64,000 bases of DNA from Planctomycetota bacterium. Lineage in GTDB: Bacteria > Planctomycetota > B15-G4 > JADJEK01. The stretch is from assembly GCA_044225365.1 (NCBI GenBank), contig JBGAIQ010000002.1, forward strand, positions 64,001 through 128,000. Direction: 5' to 3'. The notes under the pieces were generated by a model. It was not told the DNA's origin and did not search any database. It saw only the letters and a program-made list of their open reading frames with translations. The position numbers and the translations under genes were made by a program. Below, in pieces: positions 10,177 through 21,261 of the stretch. Positions within the stretch are counted from its first letter, which is position 1; each line of letters opens with the position of its first letter.

Positions 10177-11043
10177 TCAGCGCCGATCGTCCCCGTCGTC
10201 TTCCGAATCGGCGTCCGGGTCGGGTGTCTGCTTCCCGTTCGCCGCATCGAGTTTGTTCTGGGCGCGCATCTTGCCGAGTGCGATGTCGACCTCGGGAGAC
10301 CACCAGGGCTGATCCTTGTTGTCCGACCCGAAGCGAGCGTCGACGTCGTCGAGGATCTTCTTCGCGCCGGCGTCGTCCCCATCCGCGATGAGCGAGAGAG
10401 CGGCCAGGTCGGCGGCCCGGATCGCGAGGACCGGTTGCGACGGGAAGCGCTGCGCGAGCGAGAGCCAGGTCTTGCGCGCTTCCTCGGAATGACCCTGCGC
10501 CGCCTCGACCTTGCCGGCCCAGGTGATGGCTCGCGCGCCGGACGCGTCCTGTCCAGGGAACTCGTCGGGCACGCGTCGGTAGATCGCGAGCGCCGCATCG
10601 AGTTGGTCGCTGCGCCGCTCGATGTGGGCTACCTCCTCGAGCGCGCGCGCGCCGAATTGCGGTGCTGCCTTGCCGACCTTCGCGACGGCTTCGAAATCGA
10701 CCTTCGCTGCGGCGAGATCCCCGAGAGCGCGTGTGATCTCACCCGCGCGGAACGACGCCTCGGCGCAGATCATCGGCTGGTCCGCGGTCTCGCTCGCGAC
10801 CTTCCGATACGCCTCGGCGGCCTGGGCGAGCGCCTTGCGTCGCTCTTCCCCCGCCTTCTTGCCGGCGGCTCGCCGCATCTGCTTCGCCGTCTCGAGCTTC
10901 TCACGAGCGCTGCTCGCGCCCTTCGAGCTACTCGCCTTGGCCGCAGGGGCGGTTTTCGTACTGCCGCTCGTCTGCGCGAGGATCGCACCGTGCGCGCCGA
11001 GGGCGAACGTCGTGACGAGCAAGCCTGTCCTGAAGAAGTTCAT
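10177..11043 (-). CDS. Secreted TPR-repeat protein
   Basis: Signal peptide; Ala-rich TPR-like helices (AEASFRAGEI, AALAIYRRVPDEFP); GGAG RBS. Confidence 0.75.
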   Translation of the reverse strand: MNFFRTGLLVTTFALGAHGAILAQTSGSTKTAPAAKASSSKGASSAREKLETAKQMRRAAGKKAGEERRKALAQAAEAYRKVASETADQPMICAEASFRAGEITRALGDLAAAKVDFEAVAKVGKAAPQFGARALEEVAHIERRSDQLDAALAIYRRVPDEFPGQDASGARAITWAGKVEAAQGHSEEARKTWLSLAQRFPSQPVLAIRAADLAALSLIADGDDAGAKKILDDVDARFGSDNKDQPWWSPEVDIALGKMRAQNKLDAANGKQTPDPDADSEDDGDDRR

Positions 11044-11286
11044 GATTCGCGGTCTCCCGTAGTTGCCTCGCGTCGAAAGGGCGAGGCGATCTCATCGATC
11101 GAGTCCTGCCGCGAGCGCGGCAACCGGGGCTACATCGCAGTGGAAGAACGAGCGTCAGCTCGAGAATCCGATTTCGTGTGAGTGAGCTCGTACGTGCGAA
11201 TCCACGGCGCGGCGTAAATCACGGGCTGCCCGAATCGAGGAGCGATTCGATCGGAGAGTGCATTTCGAGGCGAGGAGTCCTTCCCC

Positions 11287-13062
11287 TCAGGCAGAAGAGG
11301 CGTGCGCGGTGCCGTGCGCGCTCACCTTCGACATCGTCGCGCGGTGGGAGGTTCGATGCATGGCGTCTTCCGAAGGGCCGTCGCACGGAAGATCGATCCG
11401 GAACGTCGATCCACATCCGACCACGCTCTCCACCTCGATGCGTCCGCCGTGGCGTTCGACGATCTCCTTCGCGATCGGAAGGCCGAGCCCGGTCCCGTTC
11501 GGTTTGCCGCGCAAGGAGTCCTGCGCCTGGTGGAAGCGCTCGAAGATCCGGTCCCGCTCGGTCGCCGCGATACCGACACCATGATCCGCGATCGCGAGAC
11601 GGACGTCTTTGTCGTGGGCATCGAATCGAATCTCGATCGTGCTCCCGTCGGGCGAGAACTTGATCGCGTTCGAGAGGAGGCTGTCGAGCGCGCGGAGGAT
11701 CTTCTCGCGGTCGCAGCGAACGGACGGGATCTCACCGTGCGATTCGAATACGACCTGCATGCGATGGACCACGAGCAGAGGAGCGAAACGTGCCACTGCT
11801 TCGCGTGCGGCCGCGGGAAGGTCGACTCGATCGAGGACCCAGTTCCCTTCGCCGGAGAGGAACCGCACGTAGTCGAGGATGTTCGTGATGAGCGTGGAGA
11901 GTCGATCGCTCTCGCTCAAGATGATCGAGACGAATTCGTTTCGAACGTCGGTGGGCTCGTTCGGATGATGGAGCAGGATCTCCGCGAAGGCGCGCACCGA
12001 GGCGAGCGGCGTTCGCAGCTCGTGCGAGACGCAAGTCAGGATGTTCTCCCGAGTCTTCTCGGCTTCGTGCGCGGCGGCGAGCGCGCGTTCGAGTTTCTGC
12101 GTTCGCTCGGAGATTCGATCCTCGAGGTCGGCGTTCATCGCGCGCAGTGCGCGGTCCTTGAGCGCGAGCGCGTCCGACATCGCTCTCAACGCTCCCGAGA
12201 GTTCGGCGAGTTCCCCCTCCTTCGGCAGCTCCACGTTGCCGACGTCGAACTCGCCACGTCCGATTGCATGCGTCGCCGCGACCAGCGTGCCGAGTGGCGC
12301 GAAGAAGACGCGAACGAGGACGATCGACACCAGTGCCGCGAGCAGCGCCGCGACGAGGACGACGAGCGCCAGGTTGCGCCGCATCGTTCGAATCTCGGCG
12401 AGCAAGCCATCCTTCGACAGACCGATGCGCAGCGATCCGACCATGGCGGCGCGCCGGTCCGGTTCCGCGAGCGATGCCGAACGCGACCCCCGCGGATCGA
12501 TCCTTCGCGTGCGAACGATCGCGTCGAACTCGCTGTAGGTGTGGGAGTCGAGACGAGCCTCGTGGGAGGCGGCATGGATCGTGCGCAATTCCGTTGCGGA
12601 GGGCGGTGGCGATCGGAGCGTCGAATACGACGCTAGCGGCGCGCCGGTCGCATCGAACGCCGTCGCGTATCGGACGAGCCCCGCCGCGCAGGTCTCTCCG
12701 AACATTGCCTCGATCCGCTCCAGGTCGCGATCCTCGACGCTGTCGCCGAGCGAATGCGCGAGATCGGAGGCGATCTGCATGCCGAGGCCATCGTGCTGGG
12801 CCTCGATGCGGCTGCGACTGTATTGGAAGATCACGAGTCCGAGGATCGCCGCCGTCGTCGTTGCGACGAGGGCGCAAGCCAGCATCAGCTTGAAGCGCAG
12901 GGTCTTGGTGATGCTTCGAGGCAACGCGCCCATGGCTGCTTTGGAATCGGGGGTCGGGAGGGTCTCTTTCGCTTCGGAATCGCGTAAGACCCGGACGGAT
13001 CCTTCGGATGCGGCGACGGCCGGGCTGCGCGGTGCCAACTCTTCTTCGGATCCGACCCGCAT
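11287..13062 (-). CDS. Membrane HAMP sensor histidine kinase
   Basis: 2 TMs, HAMP, SHELRTPL H-box, NAIKF, DHGVG, GTGLGL; start may be ATG at 12933. Confidence 0.9.
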   Translation of the reverse strand: MRVGSEEELAPRSPAVAASEGSVRVLRDSEAKETLPTPDSKAAMGALPRSITKTLRFKLMLACALVATTTAAILGLVIFQYSRSRIEAQHDGLGMQIASDLAHSLGDSVEDRDLERIEAMFGETCAAGLVRYATAFDATGAPLASYSTLRSPPPSATELRTIHAASHEARLDSHTYSEFDAIVRTRRIDPRGSRSASLAEPDRRAAMVGSLRIGLSKDGLLAEIRTMRRNLALVVLVAALLAALVSIVLVRVFFAPLGTLVAATHAIGRGEFDVGNVELPKEGELAELSGALRAMSDALALKDRALRAMNADLEDRISERTQKLERALAAAHEAEKTRENILTCVSHELRTPLASVRAFAEILLHHPNEPTDVRNEFVSIILSESDRLSTLITNILDYVRFLSGEGNWVLDRVDLPAAAREAVARFAPLLVVHRMQVVFESHGEIPSVRCDREKILRALDSLLSNAIKFSPDGSTIEIRFDAHDKDVRLAIADHGVGIAATERDRIFERFHQAQDSLRGKPNGTGLGLPIAKEIVERHGGRIEVESVVGCGSTFRIDLPCDGPSEDAMHRTSHRATMSKVSAHGTAHASSA

Positions 13063-13276
13063 CGGACTTGAGTCAAACGTGAACGAAAGCGGTCCGCTGC
13101 ATCATCAAGCCGCACCCATGCAATGGTCGATGAAGCTCGGAATCGTGCGGATGGATGCTATCCCTTGAGAACGTCGCATCGCGGCAGAAGAATGGCTATC
13201 GCGGGCGCCCAGCCCGACCCTCAATTCACTTCGAACGACCGATTCGCGGCGGAAGGCCGCGTGGAGTACTGATCCG

Positions 13277-14632
13277 ATGGATTCGAAAGTCGTGTGCTTC
13301 CTCGCCCTCGCCGCGGTTTTGGAGACGGCCCAGGCCGCCGAGTTCAGTTCGAACCATTTGTTCGTCGTGAACGCGCAAGCGAGCTCGGAAGCGGTGGCAG
13401 AACTCGACTACACCATCGTCGAGACGTCGGGTGCGGTGAACGCGAGTTCGACGGTCCGCTCGATCGGCAGCAGCACGGACCTCCTCGCGCCCCAGGGTTG
13501 CGCCTTCTCCCCCGATGGAAAGCTGTACGTCGTCACTGCGGATCCCGGGACTCCGTCGCAGAGCCGCGTCCTCGTCTACGGTCAGGACGGCGCGCTCGTC
13601 GGCTCGCCGATCACGTCGGTCGGTATGAACTCGGCGCGCGGGATCGCCTTCGGCCCGGACGGACACTTCTACGTCGCGGCGAGCGCGACGAGCGTCGTGA
13701 TGGAGTTCAACGAGAACGGCACGTTCGTGAAGAACATCGGGATCGGCGCGGGCATGGTGGAGCCCACCGGCATCGCCGTCGGCCCGAACGGCAATCTCTT
13801 CATCACCGACGCCAGCGCAAACAAGATCTACGAGTTCACGACGCTGCAATCCGTGAGCCCGGTGCGGACGATCAGCAATGCGGCACTCAACAGTCCGTGG
13901 GGCTGCTGCTTCGGCCCGCGCGGGCACCTCTTCGTCGTCAACAACGGCGCGAACGACGTGCTCGAGTTCGACGAGAACGGCAACCTGGTGTTGACGATCG
14001 GTGCGATCTCGACGCTCAATCAGCCGCAGTACATCGCGCTCGGATTCGACTCGAATCTCTACGTGACGTCGAACGGATCGAGCCGGATCGTCGTGTTCGA
14101 CGGCGACGAGACGCCATCCGGGCAGCCGAACCAGCAGATCGAAGTGATCGGCGGAACGGCGAGCGTCACGCTCGCGGGTCCGACGGGCATCGCCTTCTCG
14201 CCGCAGCGATTTGGTGTAAACATCACCGGCAAGCTCTACGAAGCGTCGAAGCTGAAGGCGACGCTCAACCAGACCTACAAGAACAACTCCGGCCCCGTGA
14301 TCAGTTGGGCGCCGGGCACTCGCTTCGCGATGATGACGCTCGTCGACACGGCTTCGACGAGCGACCTCGTCTCCGCGTTCGGAAGCGATCACTACGTGTT
14401 CAATGGCTTCCAGACGACGCAGGACGTGCAGAACGACGCCCGCGCCTTCGCGGGCGTGATGATCCCGGCACCGAACTTCGAGAGCGGCTCGGCGACACTC
14501 GTACTCGACATCGCGGGGAAGGTGAACGCCGAGGATCAGTTCCTCACGAAGAGCTTCAGCGGAAAGATCATCATCCAGGCGCGCAATGCGATCTATCAGG
14601 GCAAGGTCACGTTCGTGAAAGAAGTGAAATAG
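13277..14632 (+). CDS. Secreted NHL-repeat beta-propeller protein
   Basis: Signal peptide; repeated P-x-GIAFGPDG-x-LYV units; GGAG RBS. Confidence 0.85.
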   Translation: MDSKVVCFLALAAVLETAQAAEFSSNHLFVVNAQASSEAVAELDYTIVETSGAVNASSTVRSIGSSTDLLAPQGCAFSPDGKLYVVTADPGTPSQSRVLVYGQDGALVGSPITSVGMNSARGIAFGPDGHFYVAASATSVVMEFNENGTFVKNIGIGAGMVEPTGIAVGPNGNLFITDASANKIYEFTTLQSVSPVRTISNAALNSPWGCCFGPRGHLFVVNNGANDVLEFDENGNLVLTIGAISTLNQPQYIALGFDSNLYVTSNGSSRIVVFDGDETPSGQPNQQIEVIGGTASVTLAGPTGIAFSPQRFGVNITGKLYEASKLKATLNQTYKNNSGPVISWAPGTRFAMMTLVDTASTSDLVSAFGSDHYVFNGFQTTQDVQNDARAFAGVMIPAPNFESGSATLVLDIAGKVNAEDQFLTKSFSGKIIIQARNAIYQGKVTFVKEVK

Positions 14633-14674
14633 CGGCGGAGGGCGCGCCGCAGATCCCGCGACTACGATGGGAGC

Positions 14675-16141
14675 ATGCGGCTCACACTACGCCTCCTCGC
14701 GATCCTCATCGCGTTGATCATGATCCTGCTCTCGATCGAAGGAATCGCGTTCGAGCGCAGGGAGACGGAAGACCTCAAGCGAGACGTCGGGCAGTCCCAG
14801 GCGCGAATCGAGTTCGCCCTGAAGCGCTCGATCCAGGCGATCGCGGCGGCGTCGAAGAGCGGGGAGGAGATCCCTGCGATCGAGGCCTTCTGCGAGGACT
14901 TCCAGAATGCAGACAAGTCCCTCGTACTGCGCCTCGTGCACCCCGCGCGCCCCGTGCGCCCCGACGCGAGCCCGGAAAGCGCGGTCGTGCCCCGCGGGGA
15001 TGCTTCGCCTTCGCAAGAATCGGGCGCCAAGGCGCCGTCTCGGACCGTGTCGCTCGATCTGCGGTGCGATCCGGAGTTGAGGCTCGAGATCAGCGACGAG
15101 TCGACTCGCCTCAAGAAGATCGAGTCGAAGGTGATCTCTCGACTCGCGATCTTCATGGCGGCGCTCATCGTGGGCGGAGGGATCGCCGCGAGCATCCTCG
15201 GCGTGATGTTCGTCGGACGTCCGTTGAAGCGACTCGTCGCGAAGACGCAGGCGATCGCTGCCGGCGACTTCAAGACTCCCGTCGGACTGCACGGCGGTGA
15301 TGAACTCGGCGAACTGGGAGTCGCGCTCGACCGCATGGGGGAGAGCCTCGCGACCGCTCACGAGCGAATCATCCGCGAGACGGGCGAACGAATCGCGGCG
15401 CTCGAACAGCTACGACACGCGGACCGGTTGAAGACGGTGGGGCAGTTCGCGTCGGGCATCGCTCACGAGCTCGGAACGCCGCTCAACGTCATCCTCGGTC
15501 GAGCGAGCCTGATCGGAGGCGGCGCTCTCGGGGAATCCGACCTGAAGCGTTCGGCGCAGGTCATCGGCGAGCAGGCGTCGCGCATGACCTCGCTCATTCG
15601 ACAGTTCCTCGAGTTCGCGCGTCGTGGGTCACCGCGGCGGGAACGCTCCGACCTCGCGGAGATCGTCGTGAAGACTCGGGACCTGATGAACTCGCTCGGC
15701 GACAAGGGGCGCATCGACGCCGTGGTCGCGAAGGGCGATTGTCGCGTGGAGGTCGATCCCGCGCAGATCCAACAGGTGATCACGAATCTCGTGGTCAACG
15801 CGCTGCAGGCGGTCGGCAAGCAAGGAACCGTGCGTGTCTCGTGCGAACGCGTGCGCGGCGCGCAGGACTCGCAAGGATCCGCCGTGAGCGACGCCGACTT
15901 CGTTCGCCTTCGAGTCGAGGACGACGGAGTGGGAATTCCGGAGGATGTGTTGCCCAGGATCTTCGATCCGTTCTTCACCACCAAGGACGTTGGGCAGGGA
16001 ACGGGACTCGGGCTGTCGATCGTGCATGGCATCGTGCGCGATCATGGCGGGCATATCGCCGTGCACAGCGTGGAAGGAACGGGAACCCGCTTCGACGTCT
16101 TCCTTCCCGTCGCGGGCGCGCAGACGGAGACCCAGCGATGA
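14675..16141 (+). CDS. HAMP sensor histidine kinase (NtrB/ZraS-like)
   Basis: GIAHELGTPLN, NLVVNA, IFDPFFTTK..GTGLGL; ATGA-coupled to the regulator. Confidence 0.92.
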   Translation: MRLTLRLLAILIALIMILLSIEGIAFERRETEDLKRDVGQSQARIEFALKRSIQAIAAASKSGEEIPAIEAFCEDFQNADKSLVLRLVHPARPVRPDASPESAVVPRGDASPSQESGAKAPSRTVSLDLRCDPELRLEISDESTRLKKIESKVISRLAIFMAALIVGGGIAASILGVMFVGRPLKRLVAKTQAIAAGDFKTPVGLHGGDELGELGVALDRMGESLATAHERIIRETGERIAALEQLRHADRLKTVGQFASGIAHELGTPLNVILGRASLIGGGALGESDLKRSAQVIGEQASRMTSLIRQFLEFARRGSPRRERSDLAEIVVKTRDLMNSLGDKGRIDAVVAKGDCRVEVDPAQIQQVITNLVVNALQAVGKQGTVRVSCERVRGAQDSQGSAVSDADFVRLRVEDDGVGIPEDVLPRIFDPFFTTKDVGQGTGLGLSIVHGIVRDHGGHIAVHSVEGTGTRFDVFLPVAGAQTETQR

Positions 16142-17508
16142 ACCACGGGCGGCTCGTCGTCGTCGAGGACGACAAGGACATGCGGGAGACCCTCACGATC
16201 GACCTCACCCGGCGTGGGTTCGTCGTCGATGCGTTCGGAGAGGCTGCGCTTGCCTTCGAACACGTTCGAACGGTTCCCTGCGATGCAGTCCTGACCGATC
16301 TGCGGATGCCGGGGATGGACGGCCTCGCACTCTGCGAGCGCGTCGTCGCGAACTGCCCGGAACTGCCGGTCGTGGTCATCACTTCGTTCGGAAATCTCGA
16401 GACGGCGATCGGTGCGATTCGCGCCGGTGCCTTCGACTTCGTGTCGAAGCCCGTCGACTTCGAACTCCTCGCGATCGCGATCGATCGGGCGGTCCGTCAT
16501 GGCCAACTGAGCCGCGAGGTGCGCAACCTGACCGCCGGCGACAAGGATCTCGTCCGGTTCGACGAACTCTTGGGCGGTAGTCCGCCGATGAAGCGCCTGT
16601 ATCGCGATCTCGAGTCCTGCGCCGCGAACGACGCTTCGGTGCTCGTCGTCGGCGAGAGCGGAACGGGAAAGGAGGTCGTGGCCCGCGTGCTCCACGGCAG
16701 ATCCGTTCGTCGGAAGGGACCTTTCTGCGCCATCAATTGTGGCGCGGTGCCCGACAACCTGCTCGAGAGCGAATTGTTCGGCCACGTGCGGGGGGCGTTC
16801 ACCGATGCGCGATCGGATCGGCGCGGAGTCCTGTTCCAGGCCGACGGGGGCACGCTCTTCCTCGACGAGATCGGCGAGTGCTCACCGGCATTCCAGGTGA
16901 AGCTCCTGCGGGCGCTCGAGGAGCGACGAGCACGGCCGGTCGGCAGCGACCGCGAATTGCCGTTCGACGTTCGATTGATCGCGGCCACGAATCGCGACCT
17001 CGAGTCCGCGATCGAGGAAGGGCGCTTTCGTGAGGACCTCTACTTCCGCATCAACGTGATCCAACTGCGTCTGCCGCCGTTGCGCGAGCGCGGCTCGGAC
17101 GTGCTCCTCATCGCGCAGCATTTCGTCGAGACGTTCGCCACGCGATCTGGCAAGGACGTTCGCGGTCTCTCCGACGCGGCGGCCGCGCGGCTGCTCGACT
17201 ACGGATGGCCCGGCAACGTGCGCGAACTTCGCAACGCGATCGAGCGCGCAGTAGCACTCACGCGCGAGGCTCGCATCGTCATCGAGGATCTGCCCGAGAA
17301 GATCCGGGCGTACGAGAGCGACCGCATCGTGCTCGGGAGCCACGACCCGACGGAGCTCGTACCCATGGCGGAGATCGAGCGGCGTTACATCACGAACGTG
17401 CTGAAGAGCGTCGCGGGCAACAAGACGGCCGCCGCGCGAGTCCTCGGCTTCGATCGCAAGACGCTCTACCGGAAGATCGAGGCCTATCGAATCGATCCGG
17501 GCGAGTAG
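16138..17508 (+). CDS. Sigma-54-dependent response regulator (NtrC/AtoC family)
   Basis: REC (VVEDD, TDLRMP, SKP), GESGTGKE, GAFTDA, LFLDEIG, WPGNVREL, Fis-type HTH. Confidence 0.95.
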   Translation: MNHGRLVVVEDDKDMRETLTIDLTRRGFVVDAFGEAALAFEHVRTVPCDAVLTDLRMPGMDGLALCERVVANCPELPVVVITSFGNLETAIGAIRAGAFDFVSKPVDFELLAIAIDRAVRHGQLSREVRNLTAGDKDLVRFDELLGGSPPMKRLYRDLESCAANDASVLVVGESGTGKEVVARVLHGRSVRRKGPFCAINCGAVPDNLLESELFGHVRGAFTDARSDRRGVLFQADGGTLFLDEIGECSPAFQVKLLRALEERRARPVGSDRELPFDVRLIAATNRDLESAIEEGRFREDLYFRINVIQLRLPPLRERGSDVLLIAQHFVETFATRSGKDVRGLSDAAAARLLDYGWPGNVRELRNAIERAVALTREARIVIEDLPEKIRAYESDRIVLGSHDPTELVPMAEIERRYITNVLKSVAGNKTAAARVLGFDRKTLYRKIEAYRIDPGE

Positions 17509-18326
17509 CACTCGATCCGTCGTCGCGAGGACGACGCGAAAAAAGAGCCGAGGCGACCAGAGGAGGAGTCTCTGATCGCCTCGGTGCGTTCCAGATCAGC
17601 GCGCGCGTCGGGTCGGGTAGGAGTGCGTGGATCGCGCGAAGATCGCTCGGTCAGCCCAACTTGGATTCGGACGACAGTTTCACGGCGTGTGCTTGAGGGA
17701 GGAGACTTAGGAAGTCTTCACGCCGTGTTTGGCTGCCGGCACCGGCTCGTGGAGAATGACGGCTCGTAGTCGCGATGAGGAAACCGCGACCCGGATTGCC
17801 GGATTCGAGAACGGTTGGGAACGCGCAGCAAAACTCGAAGCTCGAGGTGATCGGGACGCCGGAATCGTGCTCGATTCCAGACGGGCCATTCACGAATGCG
17901 GGGACGTTTCGATGCGACGTTCTCATGTACGGGCTCGCGTCCGAGGAGTTCATCGCGCTCATTCGAGGCAGCACGACTCGCTCGAGGAACGCGGAGCATC
18001 TCTGCAATCACCGGGCCACGCGAACCGATCGGCGACCGTTCGCGACGACGATGAGCCAAGATGGTCCCAATCGCCCAATAGGACGAACCCAGAGGTACCC
18101 TGAAGCTTCGAGGACCGAGGATGGCCGCGTTCCAAGTCGCCGAGCCGGGGTGTAGCCAAATGCCACGGCGAGGCAGGATGCGGCAGCGGCGGGGCGGCCT
18201 TGGTCGCGTTTTCGGGGGAGCTTTCCGCGATTCTTCGGCACGCGTTGTGTGAAGGACAGCGTCGCGCGATCGGCACGACGACGCGCGAAGGACGAACCCA
18301 TGTACCGTCGAACGAAGTACGCACCG

Positions 18327-18773
18327 ATGTCCGAACGCCTCAACCCGAAGCACCGACCCTTCGTCATCGTGGCCGAAGACGACGAGGAGATGCGAACGCT
18401 GCTTCGCATGACTCTGTCGGCGGCGGGCTGCGACGTCTGTGAATGCAACGACGGAGCGGAACTCGTCGCGGCGCTGGACTCGCGCGCTGCGGTCGGCGAT
18501 CTCGACGCGATCGACCTCGTCGTCTCGGACATCCGCATGCCGAACGTCACGGGGCTCGAGGCGCTGCGAAATTCGTCTCAGCACATGGGGGCGCCGCCGA
18601 CGATCCTGATCACGGGCTTCGGCGATTCGAATACGATCGAGCAAGCGATCGAGAGCGGCGCCGACGCGGTGTTCGACAAGCCGTTCGACCTCGGATTGCT
18701 CCTGATCCGGGCGCAGGAACTCATACGCGATCGTCGCGGACGAACCTCGCCGTGGACGGACTTCGACTTCTGA
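18327..18773 (+). CDS. Single-domain response regulator
   Basis: VAEDD, SDIRMP, ITG, DKPF receiver motifs; start approximate. Confidence 0.85.
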   Translation: MSERLNPKHRPFVIVAEDDEEMRTLLRMTLSAAGCDVCECNDGAELVAALDSRAAVGDLDAIDLVVSDIRMPNVTGLEALRNSSQHMGAPPTILITGFGDSNTIEQAIESGADAVFDKPFDLGLLLIRAQELIRDRRGRTSPWTDFDF

Positions 18774-18785
18774 TCTCTCGTGCGA

Positions 18786-20279
18786 TCACTTGGACGAGAC
18801 GATCGAAAGATCGATCTGGCCGAGGTTCTTCATGATCCCGCCGAACTCCGACTGGAACGCGCCGGACTTGAGACTCGCGGCGGTCATGCGGATGTGAGTC
18901 GGATCGGCGCTGCCGATACCCAGCGTGCCGTCCAATCCGTACCACTTCCCGTCGATCGCGACCTCGCACCACGCGTGGCCGCCGAACTCGCCATTGTCGC
19001 CCATGTTGACATAGAGCAGTCCCATCGCCACGCGCGCCGGGATGCCGACGGAGCGACACGCCGCCGCGAGTAGGACGGCGTGCTCGGAGCAGTCGCCCTC
19101 GCACGAAGTCAATGTCTCCGCCGCGCTCGCGAATCCCACTCCCATGTTCTTCTTCGTGATGTGGAGGAACACGGCGTGCTCGATCTTCTGGGCGGCTCGC
19201 CACGCGTTCTTCTCGTCGCCGATCGCCTTCTTCGCGAAGGCGAGGATCGCGGGATCGTCCGCTTCGACGAGGGAGCTCGACGCCAGGAACTCGGCGTAGC
19301 CCTGCTTCAACGATTCGTCGCCGACGAGTTGCGCGCCATCGTTCTCGGGAGTCACCGTCCGAACGACGAAGAGCCGCTTGCCGTCGAGTCCGCTCTCCAG
19401 ATCGACCCACTCCTGATGCGGATCTTGCGGGAGATCGACCTTCTCGAGCGGCGGCTTCGGCTGGATGTCGTACGCGACCTCGACGAGCGTGCGCGGTGAC
19501 TTCAGCACGATGTTCGAGCGAATCATCAACTGGGTGAAGACCTCGGCGCCCTTCGAGCCGCCGGCCTCGACGTACTGCTCCTTCGTGGCGTCGAGTGCGT
19601 CGAACGAGAGTCCGAGCATGCTCACGATCTCACGGCGAGAATCGCCTTCGTCGTCGAGCCAGCGCGTGCTCGGCGGAACGGTCGGCGCGTCGGAGACCAT
19701 GTGGAAGCGATGGAGGTTCATCTTGCCCGTCGGCAGTTCGACGACCTCGTCGCCTTCGCAGGTGGCGCGAACCCTGAACGGGTCGCCATTGCTGAAATCG
19801 AACTGATAGAAGGTGATCGTGGCACCCTTCGCGAACTTCGTCGCTTTGAACCGGCGCGCGGTCTCGCGCGGTCCCGGGATGTCCTCGCTCCAGTCGACCT
19901 CGACCAAGCGAGGCTTGCCGCTCGATTTGACCGTGACCTTCATCGTGTCTCCGACCACGATGCCTTCGAACTCCTGCGGCATCTTGGAGAACGTCACGCT
20001 GGAGGTCATCTTCGTGATGTGTCCGGCGGCGTCCTCGTAGGTCGTTCCACTCTGCTCGATCTCGATCGGAGTCTGGAGGCGCGCGAGTCGCATCACGAGG
20101 CTCGACGTCGTCTCGTAGCTGCTCTCGTTCCCGTTCTTCTTCTCGACGGTCGTCGTCTTGCCGAAGCCGGAAGTCTTGCCCTCGACCTTCATCACGATGT
20201 AACTGTCCGCGGCCCGCGCGGTGCACAGCAGTGAGAGGGCCGAGAGTGTGACGATGAGGCTGCGGACGGCGACACGCAT
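18786..20279 (-). CDS. Secreted transglutaminase-like domain protein
   Basis: GDCSEHAVLLAAACRSVGIPAR...HAWCE...LDGT Cys-His-Asp triad; signal peptide; AGGAG RBS. Confidence 0.9.
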   Translation of the reverse strand: MRVAVRSLIVTLSALSLLCTARAADSYIVMKVEGKTSGFGKTTTVEKKNGNESSYETTSSLVMRLARLQTPIEIEQSGTTYEDAAGHITKMTSSVTFSKMPQEFEGIVVGDTMKVTVKSSGKPRLVEVDWSEDIPGPRETARRFKATKFAKGATITFYQFDFSNGDPFRVRATCEGDEVVELPTGKMNLHRFHMVSDAPTVPPSTRWLDDEGDSRREIVSMLGLSFDALDATKEQYVEAGGSKGAEVFTQLMIRSNIVLKSPRTLVEVAYDIQPKPPLEKVDLPQDPHQEWVDLESGLDGKRLFVVRTVTPENDGAQLVGDESLKQGYAEFLASSSLVEADDPAILAFAKKAIGDEKNAWRAAQKIEHAVFLHITKKNMGVGFASAAETLTSCEGDCSEHAVLLAAACRSVGIPARVAMGLLYVNMGDNGEFGGHAWCEVAIDGKWYGLDGTLGIGSADPTHIRMTAASLKSGAFQSEFGGIMKNLGQIDLSIVSSK

Positions 20280-20403
20280 GAACGACTCCTGGACCAGGTT
20301 CCATCGGCAGGGGGATGGCGGACGCCGCCGATTGTAGATGGAAGGGCTTCGCGAAGCCCTTGTACAATCGCCGCCACGTGGAAGCCCGCACGATGGAAAC
20401 ATC

Positions 20404-21243
20404 ATGACCTCGAAGAACGACGAGCCGCGAGCTCGTGCCGAGAAGCCCGAGAAGGTCACGGCGCCGAAGATCGCCGCGATGAAGGGCGCGAAGAAGATCG
20501 TTGCGCTCACCGCGTACGACTATCCGACCGCGCGCCTCGTCGACGAGGCGGGGCTCGACTTCGTTCTCGTCGGCGACTCCGCGAGCAACGTGGTGCTCGG
20601 CAACGACAGCACGCTGCCAATGACGCTCGATGCGATGCTGCTCTTGTCGCAGGCGGTGGTGAAGGGGTGCGCTCGAGCGCTCGTCGTCGGCGATCTCCCG
20701 TTCGGGAGCTATCACGCGTCGACGCGACAGGCCGTGCGATCCTCGATCCGATTCGTGAAGGAAGCGGGCGTCGGCGCGGTGAAACTCGAGGGCGGCATCG
20801 AGCGCGCCGAGGCGGTGAAAGCGATCGTCGAAGCGGGCATTCCCGTGATGGGACACGTTGGACTGCGGCCGCAAGCGCTGCTCGCGATGGGTGGGTACAA
20901 GGTGCAGGGGCGCGGCGACGCGGCCGCGGCCCGCATGATCGAGGACGCGCAGGCGATCGCCCAAGCGGGCGCTTTCGCCGTCGTCCTCGAGGCGATCCCA
21001 GCGCCGCTCGCGGCGCAGATCACGCGTGAACTCCGAGTTCCCACGATCGGCATCGGCGCGGGCGGCGAGTGCGACGGCCAGATCCTCGTGCTCCACGACT
21101 TGATCGGGCTGTCGTTCGGCAAGCGGGCGAAGTTCGTGCGGCCCTACGCCGACGTCGCCGCGGTCCTGCGCGATGCGTTCGCGCGGTTCAAGGACGACGT
21201 CGCGAGCGGCGCGTTCCCGAGCGAGAGCGAGACGTATCGCTGA
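20404..21243 (+). CDS. panB: 3-methyl-2-oxobutanoate hydroxymethyltransferase
   Basis: LTAYD, LVGDS, VKLEGG, VMGHVGL, TIGIGAG..CDGQILV. Confidence 0.97.
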   Translation: MTSKNDEPRARAEKPEKVTAPKIAAMKGAKKIVALTAYDYPTARLVDEAGLDFVLVGDSASNVVLGNDSTLPMTLDAMLLLSQAVVKGCARALVVGDLPFGSYHASTRQAVRSSIRFVKEAGVGAVKLEGGIERAEAVKAIVEAGIPVMGHVGLRPQALLAMGGYKVQGRGDAAAARMIEDAQAIAQAGAFAVVLEAIPAPLAAQITRELRVPTIGIGAGGECDGQILVLHDLIGLSFGKRAKFVRPYADVAAVLRDAFARFKDDVASGAFPSESETYR

Positions 21244-21261
21244 CGGCGAAACGGCTCGTCT

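Noticed and set aside
17651-18155. Short ORFs in the gap after the sigma-54 regulator
   Set aside because: No recognisable motifs, RBS or typical codon pattern in any frame
18235-18251. Sigma-54-like promoter CGGCACG-CGTT-GTGT before the lone receiver gene
   Set aside because: The -12 element is GT rather than the near-invariant GC
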